DNA from: an uncultured Candidatus Saccharibacteria bacterium
GTDB lineage: Bacteria; Patescibacteriota; Dojkabacteria; CAZCSM01
Direction: 5' to 3'
NCBI GenBank assembly: GCA_964501355.1
Contig: CAZCSM010000001.1
Location: forward strand, 10,873-74,872
Length of the DNA: 64,000 bases
The notes beneath the pieces are model-generated. The model saw nothing but the letters and a program-made list of their open reading frames with translations. It was not told where the DNA came from and did not search any database. Position 1 is the stretch's first letter; every line of letters starts with the position of its first letter. Made by a program: the position numbers and the translations under genes. Positions 29,696 through 39,181 of this stretch are shown piece after piece.

Positions 29696-30712
29696 TTAAC
29701 CGTTACCGATGATTCTTCTTCCTACAGCGTAAACTTGATATGGGTAATATAATTCCGGTTTTACAATAAGGTCATAAGCATGTTCCGGAAATAGAATTTC
29801 GGTTGGACGAAAACCCCTTTTAAAATTGCTTACCGAAGGCGTATTTTTATCAAGACTAAAGAAATCTACTCTTTTGTAACCGTTCTCTTTTGCCCATTTA
29901 ATTAATTCCCAGCGAAGTAGAGTGGGGGCTCTTGATTTAAAGGCTTCTTGAACGGATGCGCTGATGTAAGTTATTAAAGTGTTCTGTGATTCGAACTTTA
30001 CTCCGACTATTGCGCTAACCAGCTCCCCCTCATATTTTGACTCGAAAAGAATGGCCTTTCCGCTAGTTAGAAGATTTGTATAAAAATCTATTGCTCTGTC
30101 TTTGAAATCTTTGCGTGATTGCTGCTTTTCATAAAGTTTTAGGAAACTTTCAATTTGCGCCTCAGTTGGCTCCTCATAAACAGCAATAGATAATCGTTCA
30201 TCTTTAGCGGCTTTCTTAATATTGTACTTAACGTCCTTCCGAAAATTTTGAAATAACTCGTCCAGGTCTTTATCAAGCTCAACAATCATTGTTCCATCAA
30301 GCCAGGTGAATTTTTTAGGAGCTTTGTGTAAAAGACCTTCGGATTTTAGTAGCGAAGAAATTATGCTGTTCTTCTCGTTTAATAAAACGGGATAAATTTG
30401 GAGGAATATAATGTTCTGTTCCCTTAGTGTGTTTTGCAATTCTTGAAAGAACTTATGGAAAATCTCTTCGGTAACCTTTTCCGTATTAATAATCGGACCA
30501 AAGCTTCCAAGTGCAACCTTGCTCCCTTTCATAATGTTGGTTGTTGCATACTTGAAGAGAATTACAGGTTTTTCATTTTCAAAAAAACCTACATAACTGC
30601 AATTCCCGTACATTATGTCCTGGTAATTGTGTTCCGCCGACTGGATAAAATGATAATCCGAGAATTCAGATAAATATTCCTGATATGAATTTTGGTTTAA
30701 AATTTTAAGCAT
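29696..30712 (-). CDS. FemAB/FemX peptidoglycan bridge peptidyltransferase
   Basis: HFIQS, GP, LFQNFRKDVKYNIKKA, PTLLRWELIKWAKENG..VDF, FKRGF. Confidence 0.82.
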   Translation of the reverse strand: MLKILNQNSYQEYLSEFSDYHFIQSAEHNYQDIMYGNCSYVGFFENEKPVILFKYATTNIMKGSKVALGSFGPIINTEKVTEEIFHKFFQELQNTLREQNIIFLQIYPVLLNEKNSIISSLLKSEGLLHKAPKKFTWLDGTMIVELDKDLDELFQNFRKDVKYNIKKAAKDERLSIAVYEEPTEAQIESFLKLYEKQQSRKDFKDRAIDFYTNLLTSGKAILFESKYEGELVSAIVGVKFESQNTLITYISASVQEAFKSRAPTLLRWELIKWAKENGYKRVDFFSLDKNTPSVSNFKRGFRPTEILFPEHAYDLIVKPELYYPYQVYAVGRRIIGNG

Positions 30713-30777
30713 TTTTCCACTCCTTTAACTCATATTAGCGGAATATTAGGAAAATTGTAATAGCTTTTGGTGGAGGA

Positions 30778-31671
30778 TTAATGAATTTGGAGATCTTTTT
30801 CTATTTCAAGCCGAAGTCCATCATCAATTGTCATAACATTAGAAAGTAATTTTTCGAATAGGACGTTATTAAGCTTGATTTTTTTACAAAGCTGAAATGA
30901 TTCCATAAAGTATAACTGGGGAATAAATGCTATGGTCTTAAGTATTTTATCCGGGATAGTTTTGCATTCGTGATTATAAACGATCTTTTCTTCTAGGTAC
31001 GATCTTTTAACACTTTCTGTCATTGTTTCCTGCCTACTATCTACGTTATTTTTCTCAAACAATTTAATTTGAATGTTTATCTCGCACGCAATTGTTATTT
31101 TATCTGCATCGCGTATAAACTTAGCAAACTTATTGTCTCCCTTATAAAATGCTTTGCTGTGTTCACCAAGTGCTTCTATTAATTCGTCAATTGTAAAATG
31201 TTGCGCAAGAATATTTTTTATTGTTTTATCCTCCTTCACCTTCTGATCGATCAGCATTGCTGATAATTCAGCGTGATTCTTCGGATTATTTTCATCTTGA
31301 TATGGCTCATGAAACCTTCCTATGTCATGGAGTAGGGCAAGTATCAGTGCTTGTTCAATTGTAATTAGACTTTTGTTCTGTTCATAAATCATTGCACTTA
31401 CTACCATTGCATAATCCGTATGAACAATTTTGTGTCGAAGCATTCGGAACTTTGAGTCTATTTCCTTTTTATTTTCAATAACTTGTTTTGCTTTGACCGC
31501 TTCCTGCAAGAACCAATCTATAAGTTCGCTTGGGACTTTCTTCCAATATTCTTCTGAATAGTTTTTCAAAATAGGGAAGGTGTAATTTTGAGGATTCTCG
31601 ATTTGTGTTCTAATTAATTCGTGGGGAATTCGTGTTATAGGTATGAACTCTTGTGTAAAAAAGTAAGCCAC
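30778..31671 (-). CDS. HD-domain protein
   Basis: KIVHT, ALLHDIGRF, NHAELS, IRDADK. Confidence 0.85.
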   Translation of the reverse strand: MAYFFTQEFIPITRIPHELIRTQIENPQNYTFPILKNYSEEYWKKVPSELIDWFLQEAVKAKQVIENKKEIDSKFRMLRHKIVHTDYAMVVSAMIYEQNKSLITIEQALILALLHDIGRFHEPYQDENNPKNHAELSAMLIDQKVKEDKTIKNILAQHFTIDELIEALGEHSKAFYKGDNKFAKFIRDADKITIACEINIQIKLFEKNNVDSRQETMTESVKRSYLEEKIVYNHECKTIPDKILKTIAFIPQLYFMESFQLCKKIKLNNVLFEKLLSNVMTIDDGLRLEIEKDLQIH

Positions 31672-31760
31672 AGTTTAGATTAATAATTTATGATTGCAGC
31701 AATTTTAAGCTATTGGCAATTTTGAAGCAAGGGGAAGATGGATTCTTGATGAGAATGAGA

Positions 31761-31793
31761 TGGCGGAGAGCATGGGACGATCTTGGAACTTTT
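31761..31793 (+). other. att-like scar resembling the reverse complement of a tRNA 3' end
   Basis: tggcggagagcatgggacgatcttggaactttt; reverse complement ends CTCTCCGCCA; reads WRRAWDDLGTF. Confidence 0.55.
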
Positions 31794-32745
31794 ATTTTGG
31801 GTTTCGGTAAGCACTTTCGGGTAGATTGAGTTCATCGTTTAATACCATCTCTCTTAAAGCTCTTACACCTCTGACCATTTCTAAATGCCATCTCAGTCTA
31901 TTATTCTGCCAAAGTTCCCTCCTAACATCTAATGGTATACCTTTAAGATACGCTTCTATCGAAGCGTACCCAACAGAGTCTTGCCACTCTCCGTGTTTTG
32001 CTACGGCTTCTGCAATTTTTTCTTCTGGAACACCAAGTTCTCTCATAGCGCCTATAGACACATGTGAGTATGCTGTCTTTTTTGAATCGATACCTTCTGC
32101 CGACACTTTGCTATATGGGGACCTTGGATCAAATACATTCTCTGCATGCCTAATCAAAGGGTCTCTACTACTTATTGAAGGTTTCGTGCCTAATATATGA
32201 GCGTATTCATCTGCCTGGCAATTTTGAGCATATGCTTCGTGTAATTCTACAGCAGTCGTATAAGATATTCCTCTCTCTGTTTCCCCTAATAAATTATTTA
32301 ATGCTCTTTGATGCCCCCGTTCATGTTCTATTGTATGATTTCCGAAACTTCCAGATCGAATAAACTTTCTTCCGGAAAGAAATGAGATTGTGTCAAAAAG
32401 ATCTTTATTGATTTTAATTTTTAATGAAAGTCCACAGGTACCATTTGCCCGAAGACCTTCCACAATGGAGATGAGTTCTCTCGTAACGCCTCCCTTATGT
32501 CTAATTAGATATAAGCCCTCATCTTGATGTGTCATATCAAACAGGCTGGATAATGGTCCGTTGCGTCCGATTATTTTATCCGAAAGTATTGCAAGACCAG
32601 GAAGATTAAGCTCATCAAGACGACTTTTAATTTCATGATACGGAGGTAATTCTGTGTATTCTTCTTGAATAGCAGATTCAAGAACTGCACGTTCACCCTC
32701 CCAATTTAATCTATCCTTATCTGGCGTTTCTTCTCCCAAAATCAT
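31792..32745 (-). CDS. Hypothetical protein (HExxH motif)
   Basis: 317-aa ORF; IEHERGHQ...E..AY resembles a zincin motif; lies between two att-like scars. Confidence 0.65.
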   Translation of the reverse strand: MILGEETPDKDRLNWEGERAVLESAIQEEYTELPPYHEIKSRLDELNLPGLAILSDKIIGRNGPLSSLFDMTHQDEGLYLIRHKGGVTRELISIVEGLRANGTCGLSLKIKINKDLFDTISFLSGRKFIRSGSFGNHTIEHERGHQRALNNLLGETERGISYTTAVELHEAYAQNCQADEYAHILGTKPSISSRDPLIRHAENVFDPRSPYSKVSAEGIDSKKTAYSHVSIGAMRELGVPEEKIAEAVAKHGEWQDSVGYASIEAYLKGIPLDVRRELWQNNRLRWHLEMVRGVRALREMVLNDELNLPESAYRNPK

Positions 32746-32840
32746 ATAAATTCTAATTTATATAAATATAATAACGCAAAGTAAATAAATTCCCAAGCAT
32801 AAAATGCGCAACAGAGACTGAGTGGATTGTTTTAAAGCTC

Positions 32841-32870
32841 TGGCGGGGTGCGTGGGACAAAGTTCGAACC
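32841..32870 (+). other. Left attachment junction of the ICE (tRNA-3'-end mimic)
   Basis: tggcggggtgcgtgggacaaagttcgaacc; reverse complement GGTTCGAA...CCCCGCCA; coincides with the switch to accessory genes. Confidence 0.65.
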
Positions 32871-33124
32871 TTTTTCCTTTCACATCCTCTTACAAGGATA
32901 TATGTTCCGCAACTTTCTTTCAAGTTTGTTTCTCCAATTAATCTCGATTTAAATTATTAAATTAATACTATGTATTATAAAAGAGGTAAAGGTGCTAGGT
33001 ATTACAGAAATTCAGGATTTAGGAGTTATGGATGTTTGAGTAGTTTATTGCCATTCCCTTTTCAAATACTTTTTATCGCTTTAGGTACTGTACTTCACAG
33101 AATTTATAAAAAACAATAAAGATC

Positions 33125-33484
33125 CTATTCCTTAACCACATCTTCAATATGCCAAGCAGGTGAAGTAATAGTAACCATTCGATTTTTGTCTGAGCCATCA
33201 ATTATCTGATGTTTTTCAAAAGGATCAAAAGTGATTAAATCACCCTTATCTAGCAGTATCTTAGATATTTTTCCAGTTTTAATATTTTCTACTTTTAAAT
33301 TGACCCAACCTTCTAGCATCCAGTAACACTTTTTAGCTTTTTTATGATAATGAGCATCAGTAGATTTAATATTTTCAGATAAAACAATGCCGAAAGGAAA
33401 GTCCTTTTGATTTATTACTTCGAGGATCAGTCCACAAGTATCACTTTGAATTTGGTTTTGTTGTTTACGTTTAATTACTTTCAT
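33125..33484 (-). CDS. Cupin-domain protein
   Basis: AHYHKKAKKCYWMLEG...KGDLITFDPFEKHQI. Confidence 0.8.
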   Translation of the reverse strand: MKVIKRKQQNQIQSDTCGLILEVINQKDFPFGIVLSENIKSTDAHYHKKAKKCYWMLEGWVNLKVENIKTGKISKILLDKGDLITFDPFEKHQIIDGSDKNRMVTITSPAWHIEDVVKE

Positions 33485-33500
33485 TTACTATTAGATTCTT

Positions 33501-34109
33501 TCAAGTATTAATTAGCGAAAACTTCATATGCTTACCAACACCAACATTTTTCAATTTCTTTATCAAACATGCAACTTCCGTTACCTGTTTATCTGTTGAA
33601 TTGTAGATCGGTTGTTCCACATTATTAATCTTTGAAACAGCGATTCTGATTGAATCAAAAAGCCTCTTTTCTGATTTACAGTCCAGTTCGATTCCAAAAC
33701 CAATTTTCCCTCTACAATGTATAGAACCACAAGTACAATTCATTTCCCACTTTTCAGAGCTATAAAATAATCCATAATCCAAAGTAATTTCATCCCCGAT
33801 ATTAATATCTTTAATAGCAATATCAAGATAATGTCCTTGTACGTAAATGGGCATAATATTGGGACCGCAAGAATGATTTGTATATGGACCCGTCTCTGTT
33901 TCCACCCAATTCCCAAACTCATCTTCCACAGCAAATTCTACTAAATGATCCTTTTTATCTTTTGAAAGTTTCTCAAACCGATCTTTTGAGATTTTAATAT
34001 CTTTAGAGCTATAACAATACACTATTGTCCCCATAGGAACGAACTGATCAGCAAAGTAACCTTTGCCATGAATTGTTGAATCTTTTACTTTAACTTTTAT
34101 TAAATACAT
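33501..34109 (-). CDS. SET-domain protein with post-SET Cys motif
   Basis: STIHGKGYFA, YTNHSCGPN, AIKDINIGDEITLDY, CTCGSIHCRG; start placed at ATG 34109. Confidence 0.9.
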   Translation of the reverse strand: MYLIKVKVKDSTIHGKGYFADQFVPMGTIVYCYSSKDIKISKDRFEKLSKDKKDHLVEFAVEDEFGNWVETETGPYTNHSCGPNIMPIYVQGHYLDIAIKDINIGDEITLDYGLFYSSEKWEMNCTCGSIHCRGKIGFGIELDCKSEKRLFDSIRIAVSKINNVEQPIYNSTDKQVTEVACLIKKLKNVGVGKHMKFSLINT

Positions 34110-34986
34110 GATTTTTATTAACAAATTTATAATTGTTATTTTCTTCTGTAATATAACCAGCAACTGGATACGGAAAGTGAGTTCCTATAATTAATGTATC
34201 AGTATTTGCATATTCCTTCAGAAACTTTGTACGTGTCTCAATTGTTTGTTCAGGATACGTATCTGCAAGGGTAGTCCATTTAATTTGAGCAATTTGGCAA
34301 GGATGATGCATTACATCGCCCGAAATAATGGCTTTTTTACCTTTAGATTCAATAACAACACTTATATGATGTGGTGTATGTCCAGGTGTGGGAATAAATC
34401 TTATATTTGAATCGAGTCTATAATCATCAGAAATAAACTTCACTAAACCTGCATCTACAATAGGAGAAACTGAATCATCAAAGCCATTAAAATCATCGAT
34501 CACTTCTTTTTCAGGTTTTTTTACCCAATAGTTATACTCATCTTGAGAAAAAAGATACTGAGCATTTTTAAAAGTTGGAACCCATTTACCATTTTCAAGT
34601 GTAGTATTCCAACCCACATGATCGAAATGTAAATGAGTGCATACAACAAAATCAATCTTATCAGGACTTATGTCAATGTTTTTGAATTTATCAAGAAACC
34701 TAGTATTCAATTTCCCCCAAGTTGGCATTCCTGGTCTATCTTTATGGTTTCCATTGCAAGTATCAACCAATATGTATTTACCACTTGATTTAATCATAAA
34801 GCTTTGCACTTGAGCTTTTAGATTCCCTTTTTCTCCAATAAAATGTTTTTTAAGCCATTCGATTTTTAAGACAGCTTCAGGTCTTGCTTCTGGGATAAAT
34901 GTACTGAAAAGTTCATTATCGACCATTTCAACTAGCTGAAATATTTCAACATCGCCGATTTTCCATTTTAAGTTTTCTTTTTGCAT
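34090..34986 (-). CDS. MBL-fold metallo-hydrolase (YtnP/lactonase-like)
   Basis: ILVDTC, CTHLHFDHVGWN, TPGHTPHH, ISGDVMHHP, GTHFP. Confidence 0.9.
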   Translation of the reverse strand: MQKENLKWKIGDVEIFQLVEMVDNELFSTFIPEARPEAVLKIEWLKKHFIGEKGNLKAQVQSFMIKSSGKYILVDTCNGNHKDRPGMPTWGKLNTRFLDKFKNIDISPDKIDFVVCTHLHFDHVGWNTTLENGKWVPTFKNAQYLFSQDEYNYWVKKPEKEVIDDFNGFDDSVSPIVDAGLVKFISDDYRLDSNIRFIPTPGHTPHHISVVIESKGKKAIISGDVMHHPCQIAQIKWTTLADTYPEQTIETRTKFLKEYANTDTLIIGTHFPYPVAGYITEENNNYKFVNKNHVFNKS

Positions 34987-35002
34987 AATTCTTCTTTAAT
35001 AT

Positions 35003-35713
35003 TTAAAGAGGATAAATTGTTCCATCATACCTTAAAAATTTACCATTAAATTCTTCTTTCCAATTCTGTGTTATTTTTATAATCCTTTGTGCTTGAACTT
35101 CTGGTTTATCCGTTCCAGAGGGATTCATATCTGTTTGAACACTCCCCGGATGTACGGTAAAGGTTTTGATATTTTCAGGAAGATCAAATAATGAGCAAAA
35201 AACCATCATATTTAAAGCGCATTTACTTGCTCTGTATCCATAATTCCCTGAGGTGTTTTCATTTTCATCATGATATGAACCTCTAGCACTAGAAATGTTC
35301 ACCACATAAGAAGGATCGCTTTTCAATAATGGTAAAAAGGTCTTAATTACAAGTAAAGGAGATATCGTATTAACATCATACATTCTTATCAACGAATCTC
35401 TGTCTAAATCCTTCAAATTGCATACTAATTCTTTTTTATTGTTTGTAGCCGAGTCTTTATTAAGACCTGCATTGTTAATAAGATAATCAAGGGTTTTAGT
35501 ACTTTTTGAGATTTCTTTAAATGCGTCTGATATCGATATATCATCAGAAATGTCTATTTTTATTATTTTTAAGTTCTCATTCTTCACTAAATCTCTATCA
35601 AATTGTTCAGGTTTTCTCGCACCAGCAAAAACCAAGAAATTTTCTTTTAGAAAGTATTTAACAAAACCTTTTCCGAGTCCTCTATTAGAACCGGTGATAA
35701 AAACTGATTTCAT
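35003..35713 (-). CDS. Short-chain dehydrogenase/reductase (C-factor-like)
   Basis: TGSNRGLG, LINNAG, NISS, YRASKCALNM, HPGSVQTDM. Confidence 0.9.
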   Translation of the reverse strand: MKSVFITGSNRGLGKGFVKYFLKENFLVFAGARKPEQFDRDLVKNENLKIIKIDISDDISISDAFKEISKSTKTLDYLINNAGLNKDSATNNKKELVCNLKDLDRDSLIRMYDVNTISPLLVIKTFLPLLKSDPSYVVNISSARGSYHDENENTSGNYGYRASKCALNMMVFCSLFDLPENIKTFTVHPGSVQTDMNPSGTDKPEVQAQRIIKITQNWKEEFNGKFLRYDGTIYPL

Positions 35714-35731
35714 TTTCTTTGTTGTAATAAA

Positions 35732-36223
35732 TTAAGTAGATTTTATCCTCTCGACTTCTTTTAATACAGGTCTTTTAGGAAATTTAGCCCTTGTCTTTTC
35801 ATTGAGTTTTAAAATCAACATTGGAAATATGTCTCTATCGATAACACTTGTGTCCCAATTGACTTTAGGATAATTATTCGTAAACGCTTCTAGTCCTTCT
35901 TGTGGCACTATTTCGATGTGTTCCCAATATGAATCAAGTACTTGTCCTTCTTTTGGTGAAACAATCTCAACTGCTTCTATAGTATGATGTAGATACTTAA
36001 GAGGTTTAAAGAGTTTAAAAATTGCGACTTTCTTTTCACCAACTTGAACATCGTGTTTAATTTCCCCAATATTTTTAAGCTCTTCCTTCTTCTTCTCATA
36101 ATCTTCTAAAGAAGAAGCCTGATAGCCTAAATGATCAATATATAAAACGCTTGTATCTATACCAAGTTTGTCCAATTTCTCCGTTATTGTGTCAATAAAT
36201 TCTTTGTAATTATCAAGTATCAT
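35732..36223 (-). CDS. VOC family protein, YecM-like
   Basis: IDHLGYQ, VAIFKLFKPL, VEIVSPK, WEHIEIV, AKF..PV.EV. Confidence 0.8.
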   Translation of the reverse strand: MILDNYKEFIDTITEKLDKLGIDTSVLYIDHLGYQASSLEDYEKKKEELKNIGEIKHDVQVGEKKVAIFKLFKPLKYLHHTIEAVEIVSPKEGQVLDSYWEHIEIVPQEGLEAFTNNYPKVNWDTSVIDRDIFPMLILKLNEKTRAKFPKRPVLKEVERIKST

Positions 36224-36244
36224 TATTTTTTTATTAATAATTTA

Positions 36245-37189
36245 TCATTTACTTTTTTTATATTCTTGAATATATTTTCCAAATATTTTTGCAAACTTTA
36301 TAGTTTGATCTAAAAGCCACTTAAAATATTCTTCTTGTTTTTCTTGATTGAATAAATCATCAGCAGGTGCTTTTGTTTTTATCATTGAAGCTTTATTTGC
36401 ATCAGTCCAATCAAGTTTTACCTCAAGTATCTTTTCTATATTCTCTTTTCTTTCTTGTAGAAAACCAAAAAACTCTTTGTTTTTATCAATATATAACTCA
36501 CACCCCATTAAGTTTTCTCTCGTATTTATAGTTAAAGCGACATGAGCTTCGGATGATCCGATGCTAATATCATACCAATGCTGAGGTCTTGGTGTTCTCA
36601 GCTTAACTTTTGAATTGTTAGAGGAAACGTAATTCTTAAAACGAGTCCAAAACTCCAATTGTTGAAGTTTTGTGTTTGTTAAATCACCATTTGCAGGATA
36701 ACCTTTTATTGCCTTTGCCCATTCATTTGGGCTGACGACAATTTCGAATTTGGGAGCAGGATTTGAATTCTCAATTTGCCAAAGCTCTACTTTTATTAGA
36801 AAGAAGCCAATATTCTCATCTGTATGCTCATTCAGCCAATCGATAGCTTTCTGATGTTCTTCTCTATAATCTCTTACTACCCACAAAATTAATTCGGCGT
36901 CATAACCAGAAGCATAAGTGATAATTTTCCCTAAATGATCATGATTAGTATCTTCAAGTTGATTTTCAATAATTATTTTTCTTCCAGTCCCTTCTTCTTC
37001 AGCTAAAATATCTACATTAAATTTGCCGACATTCGCCTCTGTTTGAACAAGTTTAATAATTACCCCAATTTCATCACTAAGTAGATCCAAATTCTCTTGT
37101 TCTGACAACCATCGTGTAAAATCGAGTGCCTCATGTCCCCAAACGTCTCTCAAGTCAATTTTTGTTAATTTAGATAATGGTTTTTTCAT
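36245..37189 (-). CDS. NucS-like PD-(D/E)xK N-terminal domain + DUF4268 protein
   Basis: LRDVWGHEALDFTRWL, VDILA, IIENQL..TNHDHLGKIITYA; C-terminal EFWT..F..PRPQHWYDISIG. Confidence 0.8.
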   Translation of the reverse strand: MKKPLSKLTKIDLRDVWGHEALDFTRWLSEQENLDLLSDEIGVIIKLVQTEANVGKFNVDILAEEEGTGRKIIIENQLEDTNHDHLGKIITYASGYDAELILWVVRDYREEHQKAIDWLNEHTDENIGFFLIKVELWQIENSNPAPKFEIVVSPNEWAKAIKGYPANGDLTNTKLQQLEFWTRFKNYVSSNNSKVKLRTPRPQHWYDISIGSSEAHVALTINTRENLMGCELYIDKNKEFFGFLQERKENIEKILEVKLDWTDANKASMIKTKAPADDLFNQEKQEEYFKWLLDQTIKFAKIFGKYIQEYKKSK

Positions 37190-37210
37190 TTGTAATATTT
37201 AATAATTAAA

Positions 37211-37843
37211 TTAGCCATTAATAACTTTAAAAGTTTTTAGGTTTGTATCAACAAAAACAGTGAATTTTCCGTACACATTTTTTGTAACATCCAGATTGAT
37301 AATTCCGTACCTATAGATACCATCCTTAGCCTCTTCCAAACAATACAATCCATAAAACCCAAATTTCACAGATGTTTTGAGATAATCCTTTATCTTTTTT
37401 ACGGATATCTCTCCAATTTTGTTTGAAAAGATTATTAGTGAATGATTCTTGTAATAGTCGTTAGAGTAATGCGAATGTTTTTTCTTTAATTCATTAATTA
37501 TTTCCTCCGTGATATCTTTTTGTTGAAATTCTGTTACAGCAACCTGCTCAAAGTACGAGGGTATAATTTCTTTAGTATCTTGGTTTAATATTAAAACAGC
37601 ACCATCTTCATTATTATTATCCTCTTCATCCTTTTGTATCGGAGCAAATACAAGTCTTTGTCCATTTTGTCTATAAGAATAATCCATGACAACACAAAGT
37701 AAAAAAACTCCAAGAGCTTCACGATATAAGATTCCAGTAAGAGGTTCTTTTTCCCTTTTCATCAAATATTTGTCAGGGTCAAGTATCGAAGGTATTAGAT
37801 TCTTCAGTAATGCTAATTTGTGTATTAGTTTTATTTCATTCAT
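37211..37843 (-). CDS. Hypothetical protein
   Basis: 210-aa ORF coupled to hsdS stop (1-bp overlap); EDG...FEQV could be a degenerate nuclease motif. Confidence 0.65.
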   Translation of the reverse strand: MNEIKLIHKLALLKNLIPSILDPDKYLMKREKEPLTGILYREALGVFLLCVVMDYSYRQNGQRLVFAPIQKDEEDNNNEDGAVLILNQDTKEIIPSYFEQVAVTEFQQKDITEEIINELKKKHSHYSNDYYKNHSLIIFSNKIGEISVKKIKDYLKTSVKFGFYGLYCLEEAKDGIYRYGIINLDVTKNVYGKFTVFVDTNLKTFKVING

Positions 37844-39009
37844 TAGTTCAAGTATGTCTGCACTAAATTATTAAAGTTATTCTCAATTGCTTGAAGTTGA
37901 TTTTTCATTGATTTCCGAATGTTTTCTTTTTTTTGTATTATAGAAATATACTTCTTTTGGACAATGATTGGAGGACAAATGAATTTAAACTTTTTAAATT
38001 CCGTCATTGGTGGAAAATTAGGGATTCCACTTCCGATTTTGTTTTCAAAGTACATTTTCTTGAAGTTTTTGTTTGTAAAGACTGATAAAAAGAATTCATT
38101 TAACATAATTGACTCATCCAATGTCACTTTTAACAGAGCTTGATTAATGATCCCTTTTAATGCCCCTTGAGGTACTATAGCTAATTTCCCAAGATAAACA
38201 CCTGAACAGCTAATAATAATATCGCCTGGATTGACCTCAAACATCTTCATTTCATTAAATTTTTTCTCGTCAATAAAATATCTCGCCATACTAAATTCAT
38301 TATTTAGTGCATGATATTGTTCATAAACCAAGTAACCATTATCTTTAAAAATATCTTTTTTCAAAGCACCACCAAAAGGACCACGTTTGATCGAGTATTT
38401 ATCCTTTTTAACTATCTCTTCAATGGTTTTCATTTCCCATCCTTTAGGATTTTTTACAGGGTCACCAAACATATCCAAGAACACAGATTTTAAATACTCA
38501 TCAAGTAATTCAACAGCTTCTTTTCTCTTTTCAACTAAAGAGTTTGCTTTGTCTAAGATTGAAACAATGCGTTTTTGTTCAGAAAGTGGAGGAAGCGGAA
38601 TCATTATTGATTTTAAGTCAGATTGTGTAATTGAAGAAAAAGTAGATCCCCTTGCTTTATTTATGAGCTCACGCTCAATAAACCTTAAGTAATACAACAA
38701 GTACTTGAAATACAATTTTTCACCAGATCTAATTGCACTTAAACCTCGCCCTATACAAGCTTTTATATCACATATGTTTGTTGGACCGACTGGTGCTCTA
38801 ACAGAAATAAGAACATCATTTTCATTTGCGATCTTGATTGGTTCTGAACACCAAATTCTAGCTTTTGGGTATAATTGCCCAAAATCTGCTTTTCCTTGAA
38901 AAAAAGGCAAGCCACTTGGGGTTGTATTGTAGGTTTTAGATGAAGGCGATTGTCCTGCAATAACTTCAGCAACTTCTTCTAATTTTACTTTTTTCCAATT
39001 ATTTTTCAT
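37843..39009 (-). CDS. hsdS: Type I restriction-modification specificity subunit
   Basis: Two TRDs; IPLPPLSEQKRIVSILDK and DMFGDPVKNPKGW conserved regions. Confidence 0.95.
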   Translation of the reverse strand: MKNNWKKVKLEEVAEVIAGQSPSSKTYNTTPSGLPFFQGKADFGQLYPKARIWCSEPIKIANENDVLISVRAPVGPTNICDIKACIGRGLSAIRSGEKLYFKYLLYYLRFIERELINKARGSTFSSITQSDLKSIMIPLPPLSEQKRIVSILDKANSLVEKRKEAVELLDEYLKSVFLDMFGDPVKNPKGWEMKTIEEIVKKDKYSIKRGPFGGALKKDIFKDNGYLVYEQYHALNNEFSMARYFIDEKKFNEMKMFEVNPGDIIISCSGVYLGKLAIVPQGALKGIINQALLKVTLDESIMLNEFFLSVFTNKNFKKMYFENKIGSGIPNFPPMTEFKKFKFICPPIIVQKKYISIIQKKENIRKSMKNQLQAIENNFNNLVQTYLN

Positions 39010-39181
39010 TTTTTGGTTTTTCTGTCTTTGTTACTGTTTGTATCTGTTGTGATGGATTTGGTTTCGGATTAACAACCTGAGTATTAGTAGGAGTTGTTTC
39101 GCCTAAATCCACAGATTGGATAGGTTCACTGGGTTTTGGTGGTGGATTAGTCGCTTGCGTATTTGGTTTCTTTTTACTCAT
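38999..39181 (-). CDS. Small Pro/Gln/Thr-rich peptide (60 aa)
   Basis: ATG 39181 overlaps the upstream TGA (ATGA); 3' end overlaps hsdS start; internal repeat NPPPKPSEPIQSV / NPKPNPSQQIQTV. Confidence 0.6.
   Translation of the reverse strand: MSKKKPNTQATNPPPKPSEPIQSVDLGETTPTNTQVVNPKPNPSQQIQTVTKTEKPKNEK

Noticed and set aside
30768-30776. Third att scar (tggtggagg)
   Set aside because: Too short and lacks the TGGGAC...GAAC continuation seen in the other two
32841-32870. tRNA gene
   Set aside because: Only a T-arm/acceptor-like 3' fragment; no D or anticodon arm, so treated as an att junction
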